Under the pieces are notes generated by a model. The model did no database searches, was not told where the DNA came from, and saw only the letters and a program-made list of their open reading frames with translations. Positions 9,418 through 19,200 of a stretch of 64,000 nt of DNA are shown in pieces. Made by a program: the position numbers and the translations under genes. This stretch comes from Candidatus Iainarchaeum sp. (GTDB lineage Archaea > Iainarchaeota > Iainarchaeia > Iainarchaeales > UBA10219), in NCBI GenBank assembly GCA_018304425.1, contig JAGVWE010000004.1, positions 32,001 through 96,000 on the forward strand, given 5' to 3'. Numbering within the stretch: position 1 is the stretch's first letter; each line of letters begins with the position of its first letter.

Positions 9418-9647
9418 CCGTTCTAATTCACTGGGAGCTTGTTAAAAGAAGTTCGAGTAAAGGAAGTGAACCACTTCCGCTTCTATGACTTTGGTTTCAC
9501 AACCAACCCATTTTGTTCCGCGGCCCGTTTTGCGTGGATTTCGCCATCAAAAGGCTTAAATTATGGATTGGGTAATAAATATACCTGGTTGTTTATTGCC
9601 TTTGGCGGCGTTTAATCGTTGAAGGCATTAGCTGCTGCAAACGAGGG

Positions 9648-10019
9648 GTGATAGTGTTGGGTTTCTTAGAGAAAATCCTGAAGCCGAAGACAAGCGAAAT
9701 CGACATCGAGGAATTCCTGAACAACTTGGACGTCGAAGAAGAGTCCATGTACGACAACGCGGACGCCTTTGTCAAGCCCATGACCTTGGAGAAGGACACG
9801 GACAAGGACATGGTCATCGACGAAGTCAAGAAGGGCAACATAATCCTGCTCAACATCGCTGACCTCTCGAAGAGGAACGCCGTCAAGCTCCGCGACATGG
9901 TGAACCTCATCAAGAAACAGGTGGACGCCTTGGACGGCGACATCGCGAGAATCTCGCAGGACCGCGTCCTCATCACGCCGGCAAGGGTCAAGATCATCAA
10001 GAAACGAGAGACCATGTAA
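9648..10019 (+). CDS. sepF: Archaeal SepF-family cell division protein
   Basis: EVKKGNIILLNI...GDIARISQDRVLITPARVKI; true start may be TTG 9657. Confidence 0.85.
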   Translation: MIVLGFLEKILKPKTSEIDIEEFLNNLDVEEESMYDNADAFVKPMTLEKDTDKDMVIDEVKKGNIILLNIADLSKRNAVKLRDMVNLIKKQVDALDGDIARISQDRVLITPARVKIIKKRETM

Positions 10020-10067
10020 GGGCCTTGCCGGTTCTCTTCCCCTCGTTGAGCAGCAAGGAGCCATTGC

Positions 10068-10826
10068 ATGTACCTTGACCGGCCGGCTTTCTCGGTTTCC
10101 TTTCCCCTGGAAAGCTGCCTGGAAGAAATCGAGTCCCTCATCAAGTCCAAGCACTGGACCAAGTTCGAAGTGGCCAGCGTCAGCCTCGTCTACGCGCCCT
10201 TCTTCTTCTTCAACTACTATTCCTACCTAGAGGAAAAGCGCGAGGACATGGAGCAGGCCGTGGTATCGGACACCGCCGGGGGAACCATGGCCATGGACGC
10301 CCAGACCAATGAACTCGACGAGGGCATGGCCTCCTTGTTCGAGGAAGAAGTGCCCCTGACCTCGCACCGACCCCCCGAGGGCTACAAGTTCGAGGTCGAG
10401 CGGCCCCTGACCAGCGAACGGGACGCCCCCCAAATCGCGCAAATCAAGCTCGCGCACAAGCTCGAGCTCCCCAAGGACCACGTCATCGTCTCCGGCCTCA
10501 AAACCGTGTACGTGCCCATCTGGGTGGCTTCGGTTTCGGTCGCGGAAGGCAATTACCGCCTCGAATTAAGCGCCGTGAACGGCGAGCTCCTCAGCGAAGC
10601 CGAAATCCCTGAACGGGAGAAGGGCTGGCTGGAGGTAACCGCGGAAACCCTTTCCGAACTCAAGGAACCCGGGGCCTGGGTGCGCTACTCGGCTTCCGTG
10701 GGAAACACGGTCTTTGACTCCCTGGTCAACAACCCGCTCACGCAGTCCATGATGTCCAACAGGCAACTCCAAATCCTGTTGCTCGCGGTCATCGCGGTCT
10801 GGCTGTTCTTCAACATCAGGTCCTGA
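10068..10826 (+). CDS. Hypothetical protein with C-terminal transmembrane anchor
   Basis: 252-aa ORF; hydrophobic C-terminus LQILLLAVIAVWLFF. Confidence 0.75.
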   Translation: MYLDRPAFSVSFPLESCLEEIESLIKSKHWTKFEVASVSLVYAPFFFFNYYSYLEEKREDMEQAVVSDTAGGTMAMDAQTNELDEGMASLFEEEVPLTSHRPPEGYKFEVERPLTSERDAPQIAQIKLAHKLELPKDHVIVSGLKTVYVPIWVASVSVAEGNYRLELSAVNGELLSEAEIPEREKGWLEVTAETLSELKEPGAWVRYSASVGNTVFDSLVNNPLTQSMMSNRQLQILLLAVIAVWLFFNIRS

Positions 10827-10827
10827 T

Positions 10828-13800
10828 TCACGCGAATTCGAGCAGGCTCTTCTGCTCTGATTTCTCGTTGGAGAAGATGCTGTTCACTTCTTTTTCGATG
10901 AGTTTGAGCCGCTGCCGCAGGTAATCAGACAAGTCGTATTGGTGGATGATTTGCTTGGCGATGTCGATGTATTTCCGGACCGAGCCCTGGGCGATGGTGA
11001 GGATGATGTTGCCCCCGCACTTCGTGCACTTCCCGACGAGGGGCACGCGCCGGAACTTGTAATTGCATTTCGTGCACCGGAAGTTCTGCCTCGAGAACGC
11101 GCGGGCGTTTCCCACGATGTCGGGCAGGAAATGAGAAACAAGCACCCGTTCTAGGGAGTCGCGGAGGCTCACCGCCCTAATCATGGCCTGCAGCTTGGCC
11201 TGGGTCTTGATCTTTTCCTCCATGGAACCCAACTGGATGTACTTGGACACCTTGGGGCCAGCATCGAAGACGCTGGTTTCATGCGTGAACCCGATGCCCG
11301 AATACTGGCCGGGCTTGCCCAACCGCATCTTCACGGTCTCGATGGAGTCCAGCTTGGGCATCACCAGCTTCTGGGACTGCTCGTAGAGTTCCAGGGGATA
11401 AGCCGTGCACACCTCCATGTTGTGCACTTCGTCGTCTATTTCGTTGGGGTCCAAGGCAACCGTGAACGCGAGGGGCGCGTCCATCCGGCCGCCGCGGCTC
11501 GCCGAGAGGTAGGCTTCGCTGAAGTTCAGCAGGCCATCCATCAACAGCATGATGCTGTCCTGGTCGCCGTCGATGTTCCTTCGCTTGACCTGGTGGAAGT
11601 AAGGATGCCCGAAGCACAGCCGCGCCTCCGTGTACCCGATGATCCGGCCGACGATGGCCGCGGACGTGTGGGGCGCGAGTCCCAGCACCAGTTCCCCGAC
11701 CAGGTCCTCGCGCGACGAGCACTTGTACTTCCGTTCCACGCCGAAAAACTTTTCCAGCAGGTCGTCGATGAACTTGGTGTCCCGGACGAGGAAGTCTCCG
11801 GCCTCCTTGTGGATGACGATGTCCTGGGGGAATATTTCCAGGAGCTGCGTGCCCTCCGTGAGTTCCCTGCCATGCAAGTCCCGGTCATAGCCGAGGGCCC
11901 TGGCCTTTTCCACGCTCAAGCCTATTTCCTGGGGCTTGAAGTGGGTGAGGGGCGCGTTCAACAACTCGTAGCGGATGGTTCCGTCCCGGAACACGTGCAG
12001 GTCGTAGAGCGCGCGGAGGATGCCTTTCTCGAGGGGTTCTGGCACCTTGGCCTCGTTGATGAGCCCCTTGACTCCCTTCACGAGTTCGGGGAACCGGGTG
12101 TTGAGGTCGTGCACCGCGGCCTCGACCACCGCGTTCAAGTCAATCTTTCGCTTGGTGTAGTGCTTCATGGGCACGCTGCATTTGGGGCACTTCTCCTTGG
12201 GCGCGTTGAGGCCGCACTTCGGGCAAACCGTCTGGAGGACGGTTCTGGCCTTGCAGTCCCGGCAGTAATAGTAGGGCATGGTCTTCCGGCAACCGGGGCA
12301 CACGTAGTGCGCGATGTCCACTTCCACGACCCCGGTGGACTGCCGTTTCGCGTCCTGCGAGTTCATGGCCTTGTTGATGCTTCGAATGTTTTCCCCGGCC
12401 AAGCCGATGGGGAACAACACGTGGGGGTTTCCCACCATCTTCCGGGGCCGGCTGGTCTCAGGTCTACCCATCCGTGCCCCAATGAAGGTGCCCCCCTTGT
12501 CTCGAATCGTGAGGCCCGACAGCCGGCTCAGGCATTCCAGGACGTCATGGGTGTCGCCTGGCTTTTCATCCGCCAATGCGCCCACCGTCTTGAGGAAGGG
12601 ATAGGCCTGGGTTTCCCCCACTACCAGGGCTCCGTTCACGGGCTTGTGCGGCAACCCAATCCGTTCCAGGAGCTTCTTCAACTCCTCGTCGAAGGCCAGT
12701 TCCGCGCCCACGATCCGGGTTTCGTCGAACACCTTGTTCGCGGCCTTGGCCTTCTCAATCAGGTAGAGGAGCTCGTCGCGGTTGAGCGCCTTGTAATAGT
12801 GGACATACTTCGGATGCAATGGGATGCCGAGTTGCAGGGAGAGCTCCACGGCCGTGGCGCCGTCCACGTCCTTCGGGTTTTTCAGGACCGGTCCGAGTTC
12901 AATGCCCTCCACTTTTTTTCCTTCAGCCAGCTGCTTTTGCAGTTCCAGCAGCCACCATTCCTCGCAATAGCCTGCCGGCATCAGGGGGTGCGCGGCCTGC
13001 TTGAAGTCGCCATAGGAGACCAGCAGGTCCCCCAGGAAAAGCACTTCCTTGACCTGGTCCAGGCACTGCCTGGCTTCTTCGAGGGAATGCAGTTGCCGGA
13101 CTTCGCCGGAAGCCAGCCGCACGATCGGCCCCTCAATGGAGTCACAGGGGAACACGCCCGCGCTCTTCCCCGGTCGCTCCACTTTAAGCTGCACCCCCAC
13201 CGAAATGAATTCATCGCTTAACACCATGGTGGCCGGGTGCAGGCCCTTTCCCATGATGCCCGAGTTCCGCGTCCGCCCATACCTCAACCGGAAGCCGCCC
13301 ATCCTGGAAGGATAGGCGAAGATGGGCCTACCGGCGGCAATCCGCGTCAGGTAACTGTAGCTGGGTTCGACGTTGATTTCTTTTTCCCCGCCCTTGCCGA
13401 TTTTGATGATTTGCTCGAGCCACCCCCAGTCCAGGCCCAGCCGCTTCGCCATCTGCAAAATCTTCATGGCCTTCAAGGCGATGCCCTCGCTTAACACGAG
13501 GCACATGCCGCCCCGCACCCGGTTGCTGTGCACGCGTTCCAGGTTCCGGTAATCGCTTACCTCCCGTTCCTCGGTGGGCTCTCCATTGATGCAGACCGGG
13601 CAGCCGCGGATGATTTTCCGCACTTCCTCGCCGGACAACTTGTATTGCCGCGTGAAAATCTCGTCGTAGACCGCGCATTCCTCGACATACCGTTCCACTT
13701 CCTCGTCGGTCGGCTTGTACCGGTCCAAGCCCAGGAGCTTCCGCGCGTAATCCCCGAGGATGAGCGGCAGCACCGTGGCCGTTCCCCCCGCGGCCCGGAT

Positions 13801-14259
13801 GGGGCCCGCGAAATAGATGTCCACGTAGGGGCTCCCGTCATAGTTCTTGCTGATTTTCACACTCGGCACCCCGTCCAGGGGGGCCACCACCACGCCCTCG
13901 GTCACCAGCACGAGGGAGGTCTTCACGGCCTGTTCCAGCCGCTTCTCGGCGGTCTCGAAGTCGCCGAGTTTCTTGTCCAGGATTTCCTCGAAAATCGTGA
14001 AAATGCAGTTCAACCGGTCCTTCCTCTCTGCGAACAACTCCCGATATCTCTTCGCCACGCCGGGGGGGCCGATGATTTGCTCGCACCGGTCAGCCAAGTC
14101 CATGGCCGGCTTGGACTCCACCAAGGCGGTTGCGTCCCTGCCCGTGGCCTTCGCCTTTTCCGCCCAGGCATACTGTTCCGCCACCTGGTCATACAAGCGG
14201 TTATAGTAGGCGTTCACCTGGGGTTCGGCCTTCAAGTTCAGGTTGATGCCGCGCTTCAT
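10828..14259 (-). CDS. polC: DNA polymerase D large subunit DP2
   Basis: YFAGPIRAAGGTA, GGFRLRYGR, RRNIDGDQD catalytic motif, Zn fingers, C-terminal PIP QKSLLEF; start ATG 14259. Confidence 0.97.
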   Translation of the reverse strand: MKRGINLNLKAEPQVNAYYNRLYDQVAEQYAWAEKAKATGRDATALVESKPAMDLADRCEQIIGPPGVAKRYRELFAERKDRLNCIFTIFEEILDKKLGDFETAEKRLEQAVKTSLVLVTEGVVVAPLDGVPSVKISKNYDGSPYVDIYFAGPIRAAGGTATVLPLILGDYARKLLGLDRYKPTDEEVERYVEECAVYDEIFTRQYKLSGEEVRKIIRGCPVCINGEPTEEREVSDYRNLERVHSNRVRGGMCLVLSEGIALKAMKILQMAKRLGLDWGWLEQIIKIGKGGEKEINVEPSYSYLTRIAAGRPIFAYPSRMGGFRLRYGRTRNSGIMGKGLHPATMVLSDEFISVGVQLKVERPGKSAGVFPCDSIEGPIVRLASGEVRQLHSLEEARQCLDQVKEVLFLGDLLVSYGDFKQAAHPLMPAGYCEEWWLLELQKQLAEGKKVEGIELGPVLKNPKDVDGATAVELSLQLGIPLHPKYVHYYKALNRDELLYLIEKAKAANKVFDETRIVGAELAFDEELKKLLERIGLPHKPVNGALVVGETQAYPFLKTVGALADEKPGDTHDVLECLSRLSGLTIRDKGGTFIGARMGRPETSRPRKMVGNPHVLFPIGLAGENIRSINKAMNSQDAKRQSTGVVEVDIAHYVCPGCRKTMPYYYCRDCKARTVLQTVCPKCGLNAPKEKCPKCSVPMKHYTKRKIDLNAVVEAAVHDLNTRFPELVKGVKGLINEAKVPEPLEKGILRALYDLHVFRDGTIRYELLNAPLTHFKPQEIGLSVEKARALGYDRDLHGRELTEGTQLLEIFPQDIVIHKEAGDFLVRDTKFIDDLLEKFFGVERKYKCSSREDLVGELVLGLAPHTSAAIVGRIIGYTEARLCFGHPYFHQVKRRNIDGDQDSIMLLMDGLLNFSEAYLSASRGGRMDAPLAFTVALDPNEIDDEVHNMEVCTAYPLELYEQSQKLVMPKLDSIETVKMRLGKPGQYSGIGFTHETSVFDAGPKVSKYIQLGSMEEKIKTQAKLQAMIRAVSLRDSLERVLVSHFLPDIVGNARAFSRQNFRCTKCNYKFRRVPLVGKCTKCGGNIILTIAQGSVRKYIDIAKQIIHQYDLSDYLRQRLKLIEKEVNSIFSNEKSEQKSLLEFA

Positions 14260-15023
14260 GGTTTCAGCCTCGCCCTGCCTTTCTTGAACCGGTGTGCTTC
14301 TTCTTTGAACAATTTTTTCCATTGCGTGAGCAGTCCATCGTATTGGCGTTTCAATTCAGGGGTTTCCTGTATGCCCTGCCATATAAGGGGCCACAAGATG
14401 AAGTTTGCATTGGTCTTCCACGCCCTGGCATCCACTGGGTGGCCTGCTGGGCGCGGCAAAATCGTCACCAGTTGTTCGAACCTCCTCCGCTGTTGCATGA
14501 ACCGGATGGCGTTTCCTTCCAGTGCAATGTCTGGCTTGCCGGCCGCCAGCATCTTTCGAAAGCTTCGCCTGGTGCGCAGGCCATCCATCCAGACCAGGTC
14601 TGCCTCCATCATGTCCAGGATGGACTCCAGGGTGATGCGGAAGGCTTCCTGTAGCCGTGGCGGCAATTCACTGAATTTCATGGGCCGGTCCAGCGCGTAC
14701 CGGTTGCGTGCCCCGCCAAATTTTTTTTCAAGCCAGGCCTTGCGGTCCACCTCTGGCCGCCGGTCAAGCGGAAGGGCCATGTCAGGGGAGGGTTGAACGG
14801 CGAAGAGTGGCCTTCCAACCACCAACCCGATGGCCTCGCGTCGCCTGGCCCGCGCGAAGTGCTTGGCCCTTAACCGCTTGTCTTTCAGCATCTGGTAAGG
14901 TGCCTGCAGGACGGCTTTAACGGGCTTGAGTGCGCGGCCAGCCGCCTCCACCCCCAACAAGTATTTTTGTCGGGTGCGGCGCCTCGCCCGTGACCAGGCC
15001 TTTGTCAGCCTATTGCTCGCCAT
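14256..15023 (-). CDS. Orphan Arg-rich protein between DP1 and DP2
   Basis: 255-aa ORF MASNRLTKAWSRARRRTRQK; overlaps the DP1 stop and the DP2 start (ATGA). Confidence 0.7.
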   Translation of the reverse strand: MASNRLTKAWSRARRRTRQKYLLGVEAAGRALKPVKAVLQAPYQMLKDKRLRAKHFARARRREAIGLVVGRPLFAVQPSPDMALPLDRRPEVDRKAWLEKKFGGARNRYALDRPMKFSELPPRLQEAFRITLESILDMMEADLVWMDGLRTRRSFRKMLAAGKPDIALEGNAIRFMQQRRRFEQLVTILPRPAGHPVDARAWKTNANFILWPLIWQGIQETPELKRQYDGLLTQWKKLFKEEAHRFKKGRARLKP

Positions 15024-16527
15024 AAAATCGTTTCTCCTCGATGTTCCCCGTGTTGAGGTGGACGATGGCCACCCGGCCAGGCGTGGGCACGTGGCCTTTC
15101 TCGGACTGGAACTTGGTCGCGGTCTGCCAGGTGCCGTTCGCGACCACCAGGCAGCCGCGGTAGCTGTCGTAGCCATTCCGGTGCATGTCCCCGGCAATGA
15201 ACAGGTCGGGTTCCAGGCGCAGGAGCATGTAGTCCTTTTTCTCCGGGATGTAGATGTTTTTCAGGCCATAGCCGACCATCAAGTCCCTTCGCTTCAGCAA
15301 TTCCACCAACGCCTTCTCCGGGTTCTTGGGAGAGAGGAAGTTGACCGCGGCATACAGGTCGTGCACGGAACTGCCGTGGTAGACCAGCACGTTCAAGCCC
15401 TCCACTTCCACCCAGGCCGGGCTGCCAACGAAGTGCACGTTGCCGGCTTCGCGGAGTTCCGGCACGAATTCAGGCGGGATGGCGGGCTGGGGTTCGGCTC
15501 GCCGCACGGCGTCATGCTGGCCCGGGCACACGATGACCTGGATGTGCTTGGGCACGGCCTGCAGGTAGGCGGAAAACTTCCGGTACTGCTCGAAAATGTC
15601 TTTGACGGCCAGTTCATCGAATTGGTCGGGGTAAATGCCGACGCCGTCCACGCAGTCGCCGGCAATGACCAGGTAACGGATTTTCTTCACCAGTTCCGAA
15701 TCCTTCTCGTTCTCCGTCTTGCCGTTCAGCCACTCGATGAAGGCCGTGAACTCTTTTTCGAGGAACAACTTGCTGCCCACGTGGAGGTCGGAAATGCTTG
15801 CCAGGCAGACGTCGCGCTCTGCCTTCCGGAACGGCCGTTGCGGTAGGTCCGGTAGGAACAAGTCGTTGGCAATCACCATTTCCGGCCCGATTTTCTGGCC
15901 GCGCACGCCTATCACGGCGTCCTGCAGGATGCGCTCCGTGTAGGAAACGAGTTCCTTGTTTTCCTTGGAGATGACCACAATCAATTCGGTTTCAAGGTCT
16001 TCCAGCCGCAGAATCTGGTTGCCGTTCTTGCTCTCCCATTTCTCGTTGACCATGCCAATCAGGTCGCAGGCGGTCTTGGGCGGCAGCATTTTCACGCTGT
16101 CCAGGCCCTTGGGCTGGAAGCCCTGCCGTTTCCGCAGCAGGCCGCTGAGGAACTCGAATTTGTCGCGAAAGAAGCCGATGAAGTCCCGGATGCTGCCCTC
16201 TGACGTGCTCTTGTCGGTTACGTCGAGTTCCCAGAGAATCCGGTAACGCGCGTCGCTTTCCCTGGCTCCCGCCTTCAAGGCGGCCTTGTCCAGGTGGAGG
16301 GCCTCGGGTTCCGCGACCAACTTGGTTTCGAGCGCGACGATGGCCTTGTTGACCGACTCCTCGGTGAGCATGAAGGTGGTCAACGCGAGCCGGTCCACGA
16401 CTTCCCGGTACTGCGGGAACCGGGCCAGCAGCTTCAAGGCCTTTTCGTCCACGAGCACCTGCTTCTGGGTGGCGTAGGCTAGCACTTCTTCATCGGTTGC
16501 CGGTTCATGAATGGCCGTTGCTTCCAC
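15010..16527 (-). CDS. polB: DNA polymerase D small subunit DP1 (proofreading exonuclease)
   Basis: OB fold plus calcineurin-like motifs SDLHVGS, AGDCVDG, PGQHDA, YHG. Confidence 0.95.
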   Translation of the reverse strand: MEATAIHEPATDEEVLAYATQKQVLVDEKALKLLARFPQYREVVDRLALTTFMLTEESVNKAIVALETKLVAEPEALHLDKAALKAGARESDARYRILWELDVTDKSTSEGSIRDFIGFFRDKFEFLSGLLRKRQGFQPKGLDSVKMLPPKTACDLIGMVNEKWESKNGNQILRLEDLETELIVVISKENKELVSYTERILQDAVIGVRGQKIGPEMVIANDLFLPDLPQRPFRKAERDVCLASISDLHVGSKLFLEKEFTAFIEWLNGKTENEKDSELVKKIRYLVIAGDCVDGVGIYPDQFDELAVKDIFEQYRKFSAYLQAVPKHIQVIVCPGQHDAVRRAEPQPAIPPEFVPELREAGNVHFVGSPAWVEVEGLNVLVYHGSSVHDLYAAVNFLSPKNPEKALVELLKRRDLMVGYGLKNIYIPEKKDYMLLRLEPDLFIAGDMHRNGYDSYRGCLVVANGTWQTATKFQSEKGHVPTPGRVAIVHLNTGNIEEKRFYGEQ

Positions 16528-16542
16528 GAAGACCCCCGCACG

Positions 16543-16806
16543 TCACTTTTTTATCTTCTCGCGGATTGACTCCAGTTCGGAGATAATCTGCCAGATTTCC
16601 GTGCGAGTGTGGCTCGGCATGTTGATGTCGTTGCTGATGTCGTCCAGGAGGTAGATGGCCCCCGTGATGCCGACATCCAGGTCCTTTTCCTGCAGCTTTT
16701 TCCGGGCCTCGTCCAAGGCCAGGCGGATGTTCCTTGGGACGGTGCTGTCGTTGGCGACGCTTGCCATCAAGTCGGTTACGTTCTTGGTGTCCACATTCAT
16801 GTTCAT
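16543..16806 (-). CDS. UPF0147 family protein
   Basis: DSTVPRNIR...LDDISNDINMPSHTRTEIWQIISELE. Confidence 0.9.
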   Translation of the reverse strand: MNMNVDTKNVTDLMASVANDSTVPRNIRLALDEARKKLQEKDLDVGITGAIYLLDDISNDINMPSHTRTEIWQIISELESIREKIKK

Positions 16807-16974
16807 TCCACCCGGTTTCATCGGCTGACTTCCCCTCGCCCCAAACCAATCAGGCCAAATAGGGCAGGCAATCACGCCAGGGTCATCCAGAAAAAAGCCT
16901 TCAATTACCTTAACCTCCGCAGGCAATTCAGAGCCCGCTTGCACGGTTATACCATACTTGGAGGGCAAACTAAT

Positions 16975-18033
16975 TTAAAGCGAACCCGCTTTCCCAGCCT
17001 TTCCGGTCTTGGCCGGTTCTCCGAAGGTAACCGGCGTAAACACGGCTTCCCGCTTGTTGAACTTGGTCCAGTCGATGGCCGCGAAAACGGCGTCCCGCAA
17101 GCCGGATTGGAGGCCTTCGCCCTCGATTATCACGTTGCCGGCTTTCTTGGCGGCCTCCAATTGCTCGGGCCTCGCGACATCCGCCTTGTTCACCGCCACC
17201 AGGAACGGGACCTGGAATTCGGCCCGCATTTCCGCCAGCAAATGCAGCTGCTTGTCCAATGGATAGCCGCAGCCATCCGTGGGGTCCAAGACGAAGACAA
17301 TGACTTCCGTCAAGTGCTTCAAGGCAGTCAAGGCCTTTTTCTCGATGGCGTTCCGCTTCTCAATCGGCCGGTCCAGCAACCCCGGCGTATCCGCCACCTG
17401 GATTTCCAGGTACTTCTTCGAGTAATAGCCCAACTTGATGCCCTTGGTCGTGAAGGGGTAGGGCGCGATCTCCGGAGCCGAGGACGTGAGCCGCTTGAGC
17501 AGGGTGCTCTTTCCCGTGTTCGGGTACCCGGCCAGGACCACGGTCGGCAAGTCGAACCGCACCTTCGGAACCTCGCGGAGTTTCTTGCGCGCTTCGTTCA
17601 GGGTTGAGAGGCTGCCCTCCAGGCTCCGGACCATGGAGTCCACGCGCGCGTAAAACTGTTTCCGCGCCTTCCAGGCCAGGTCATCGTTTTTCGCGCCCTG
17701 GACTCTCCGGGCGTGCTCACGGGCGAGTTTCTTGATGAGCCCGGCCACGCTCTCGACATGGCCCAGGCCCTTCTTGAAAGCGTCCAAGTCCACCGTCAAA
17801 GACATGAGTTCCCGGTAAAAGGGGTGCAATTCCGCGATGCTGGGCACGTCCCGTACAAAGGCCCGCAGCCGTTCCTCCAGGAAAGTCGAGACGATGTTGA
17901 TTTTCCGGAGTTCGAGGACCTTCACGCGCCGCTCCTTTTGCACGGGTTTCTTGGCCGCGGCCGCCTCCCGGGAAGCGCGGCTGAACGCGGCGTCAATCAA
18001 TTGCTTGGGGGTCTCGATGGGCTTTAGTTCCAT
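16975..18033 (-). CDS. NOG1-family ribosome biogenesis GTPase
   Basis: LHPFYREL, GYPNTGKS, PYPFTTK, DTPGLLDR, NKAD. Confidence 0.92.
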   Translation of the reverse strand: MELKPIETPKQLIDAAFSRASREAAAAKKPVQKERRVKVLELRKINIVSTFLEERLRAFVRDVPSIAELHPFYRELMSLTVDLDAFKKGLGHVESVAGLIKKLAREHARRVQGAKNDDLAWKARKQFYARVDSMVRSLEGSLSTLNEARKKLREVPKVRFDLPTVVLAGYPNTGKSTLLKRLTSSAPEIAPYPFTTKGIKLGYYSKKYLEIQVADTPGLLDRPIEKRNAIEKKALTALKHLTEVIVFVLDPTDGCGYPLDKQLHLLAEMRAEFQVPFLVAVNKADVARPEQLEAAKKAGNVIIEGEGLQSGLRDAVFAAIDWTKFNKREAVFTPVTFGEPAKTGKAGKAGSL

Positions 18034-18114
18034 ACCGGTCACCTATACAAGCTTTATAAACGTTTTCCAGTTGAAATCTAAGAATATCCAGGCGTTTGAC
18101 TATTTTGTGGTTGC

Positions 18115-19200
18115 ATGGCTTCTTTAAACCCATACAAGGGAAACTACCCGCTGCTCCTCATCCCCGTGGTAATCCTGTCCATCGTCTTCCTCTACCTCGT
18201 CCTGGTCTCCCCCGGCATCACGAAAGGCATTGACCTCGCCGGCGGAACCCTGGTCATCGTGCGCAGCGACAAGGCCATTGACGCCGAGCCACTTGAAGAA
18301 CTCCTGGAAGAGGAGTTCAACCTCGCCCAGTTGCAGGTCACCAGCATTTCCTCGCCCACGGGGGGATACGGGGCAACCGTCCAGTTCGCCTCCAATCCAG
18401 ACCTCCAGCAGGCGGCGGACGAGCTCTCCCTGGCGCGGGAGGCCTTGAAGGCCAACGACCCGGCCAAGGCACAGGCCCACGCGTTGACCGTGCTGGACCT
18501 CGCCAAGCGCTTCACTGGGGCAGCCAGCCTCCAGCCCAAGGACGCCGCTGACGCCGTCGAACTCGCCGGCCTCCAACTGATTGCCGCCGACCAGGCGTTC
18601 CAGGAACAGTTGCAGGACGCCATCGTGAAGTCCTTTGACCTGGGCGGGGAAGTCCGGTTCCAGAAGAAGGAAGTGGGGGCCTCGCTTGGCAAGGCTTTCT
18701 GGGATTCAGCGGTCATGGCCACGGTGGCCGCCTTCGTCATGGTGGCCATCGTCATCTTCATTTCCTTCCGCGAAATCATTCCCGCGGTCGCCATCACCCT
18801 GGCCACCGCCTTCGACATCCTCTGCGCCCTGGCCCTGATGTCGTTGTTCAAGATACCCTTGGACCTTTCCAGCATCCCCTCGCTCCTGATGCTCATCGGT
18901 TACAGCGTTGACACGGAAATCGTGCTCAACTCAAGGCTCACGACCCGCAAGGACATTTCCCCGCCCGAAAGGGTCATGGACGCGTTCTACACCGGCATGA
19001 CCATGACCTTGACGGCCTTGGCCGCCGTGACCGCCATGCTCGTGTTCTCGTATTTCGGCCAAATCATGGTCATCTACCAGATTGCCGCCGTGCTGTTGTT
19101 CGGCCTGCTGGGGGACATTGTTTCCACCTGGTTCATGAACGCCCCCATCCTGTTATGGTATTATGGGAGAAAGCACGCGGCAGGAGGGCGACACCGATGA
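18115..19200 (+). CDS. secF: Protein translocase subunit SecF
   Basis: GIDLAGGT, LMLIGYSVDTEI, multiple TM helices. Confidence 0.9.
   Translation: MASLNPYKGNYPLLLIPVVILSIVFLYLVLVSPGITKGIDLAGGTLVIVRSDKAIDAEPLEELLEEEFNLAQLQVTSISSPTGGYGATVQFASNPDLQQAADELSLAREALKANDPAKAQAHALTVLDLAKRFTGAASLQPKDAADAVELAGLQLIAADQAFQEQLQDAIVKSFDLGGEVRFQKKEVGASLGKAFWDSAVMATVAAFVMVAIVIFISFREIIPAVAITLATAFDILCALALMSLFKIPLDLSSIPSLLMLIGYSVDTEIVLNSRLTTRKDISPPERVMDAFYTGMTMTLTALAAVTAMLVFSYFGQIMVIYQIAAVLLFGLLGDIVSTWFMNAPILLWYYGRKHAAGGRHR

Noticed and set aside
9418-9647. Replication origin upstream of cdc6
   Set aside because: Only a weak TCCCAGTGAA-like match and one small inverted repeat (GGAAGTG-aac-CACTTCC, 9462-9478); no repeated ORB boxes with G-strings.
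10828-14259. Intein in PolD DP2 (also checked Cdc6, aIF5B, Hel308)
   Set aside because: Lengths are normal and no intein splice motifs or LAGLIDADG blocks are seen.
18064-18077. Mini-ORB-like TTTCCAGTTGAAAT
   Set aside because: Single copy in a short divergent promoter region; not enough to call an origin.
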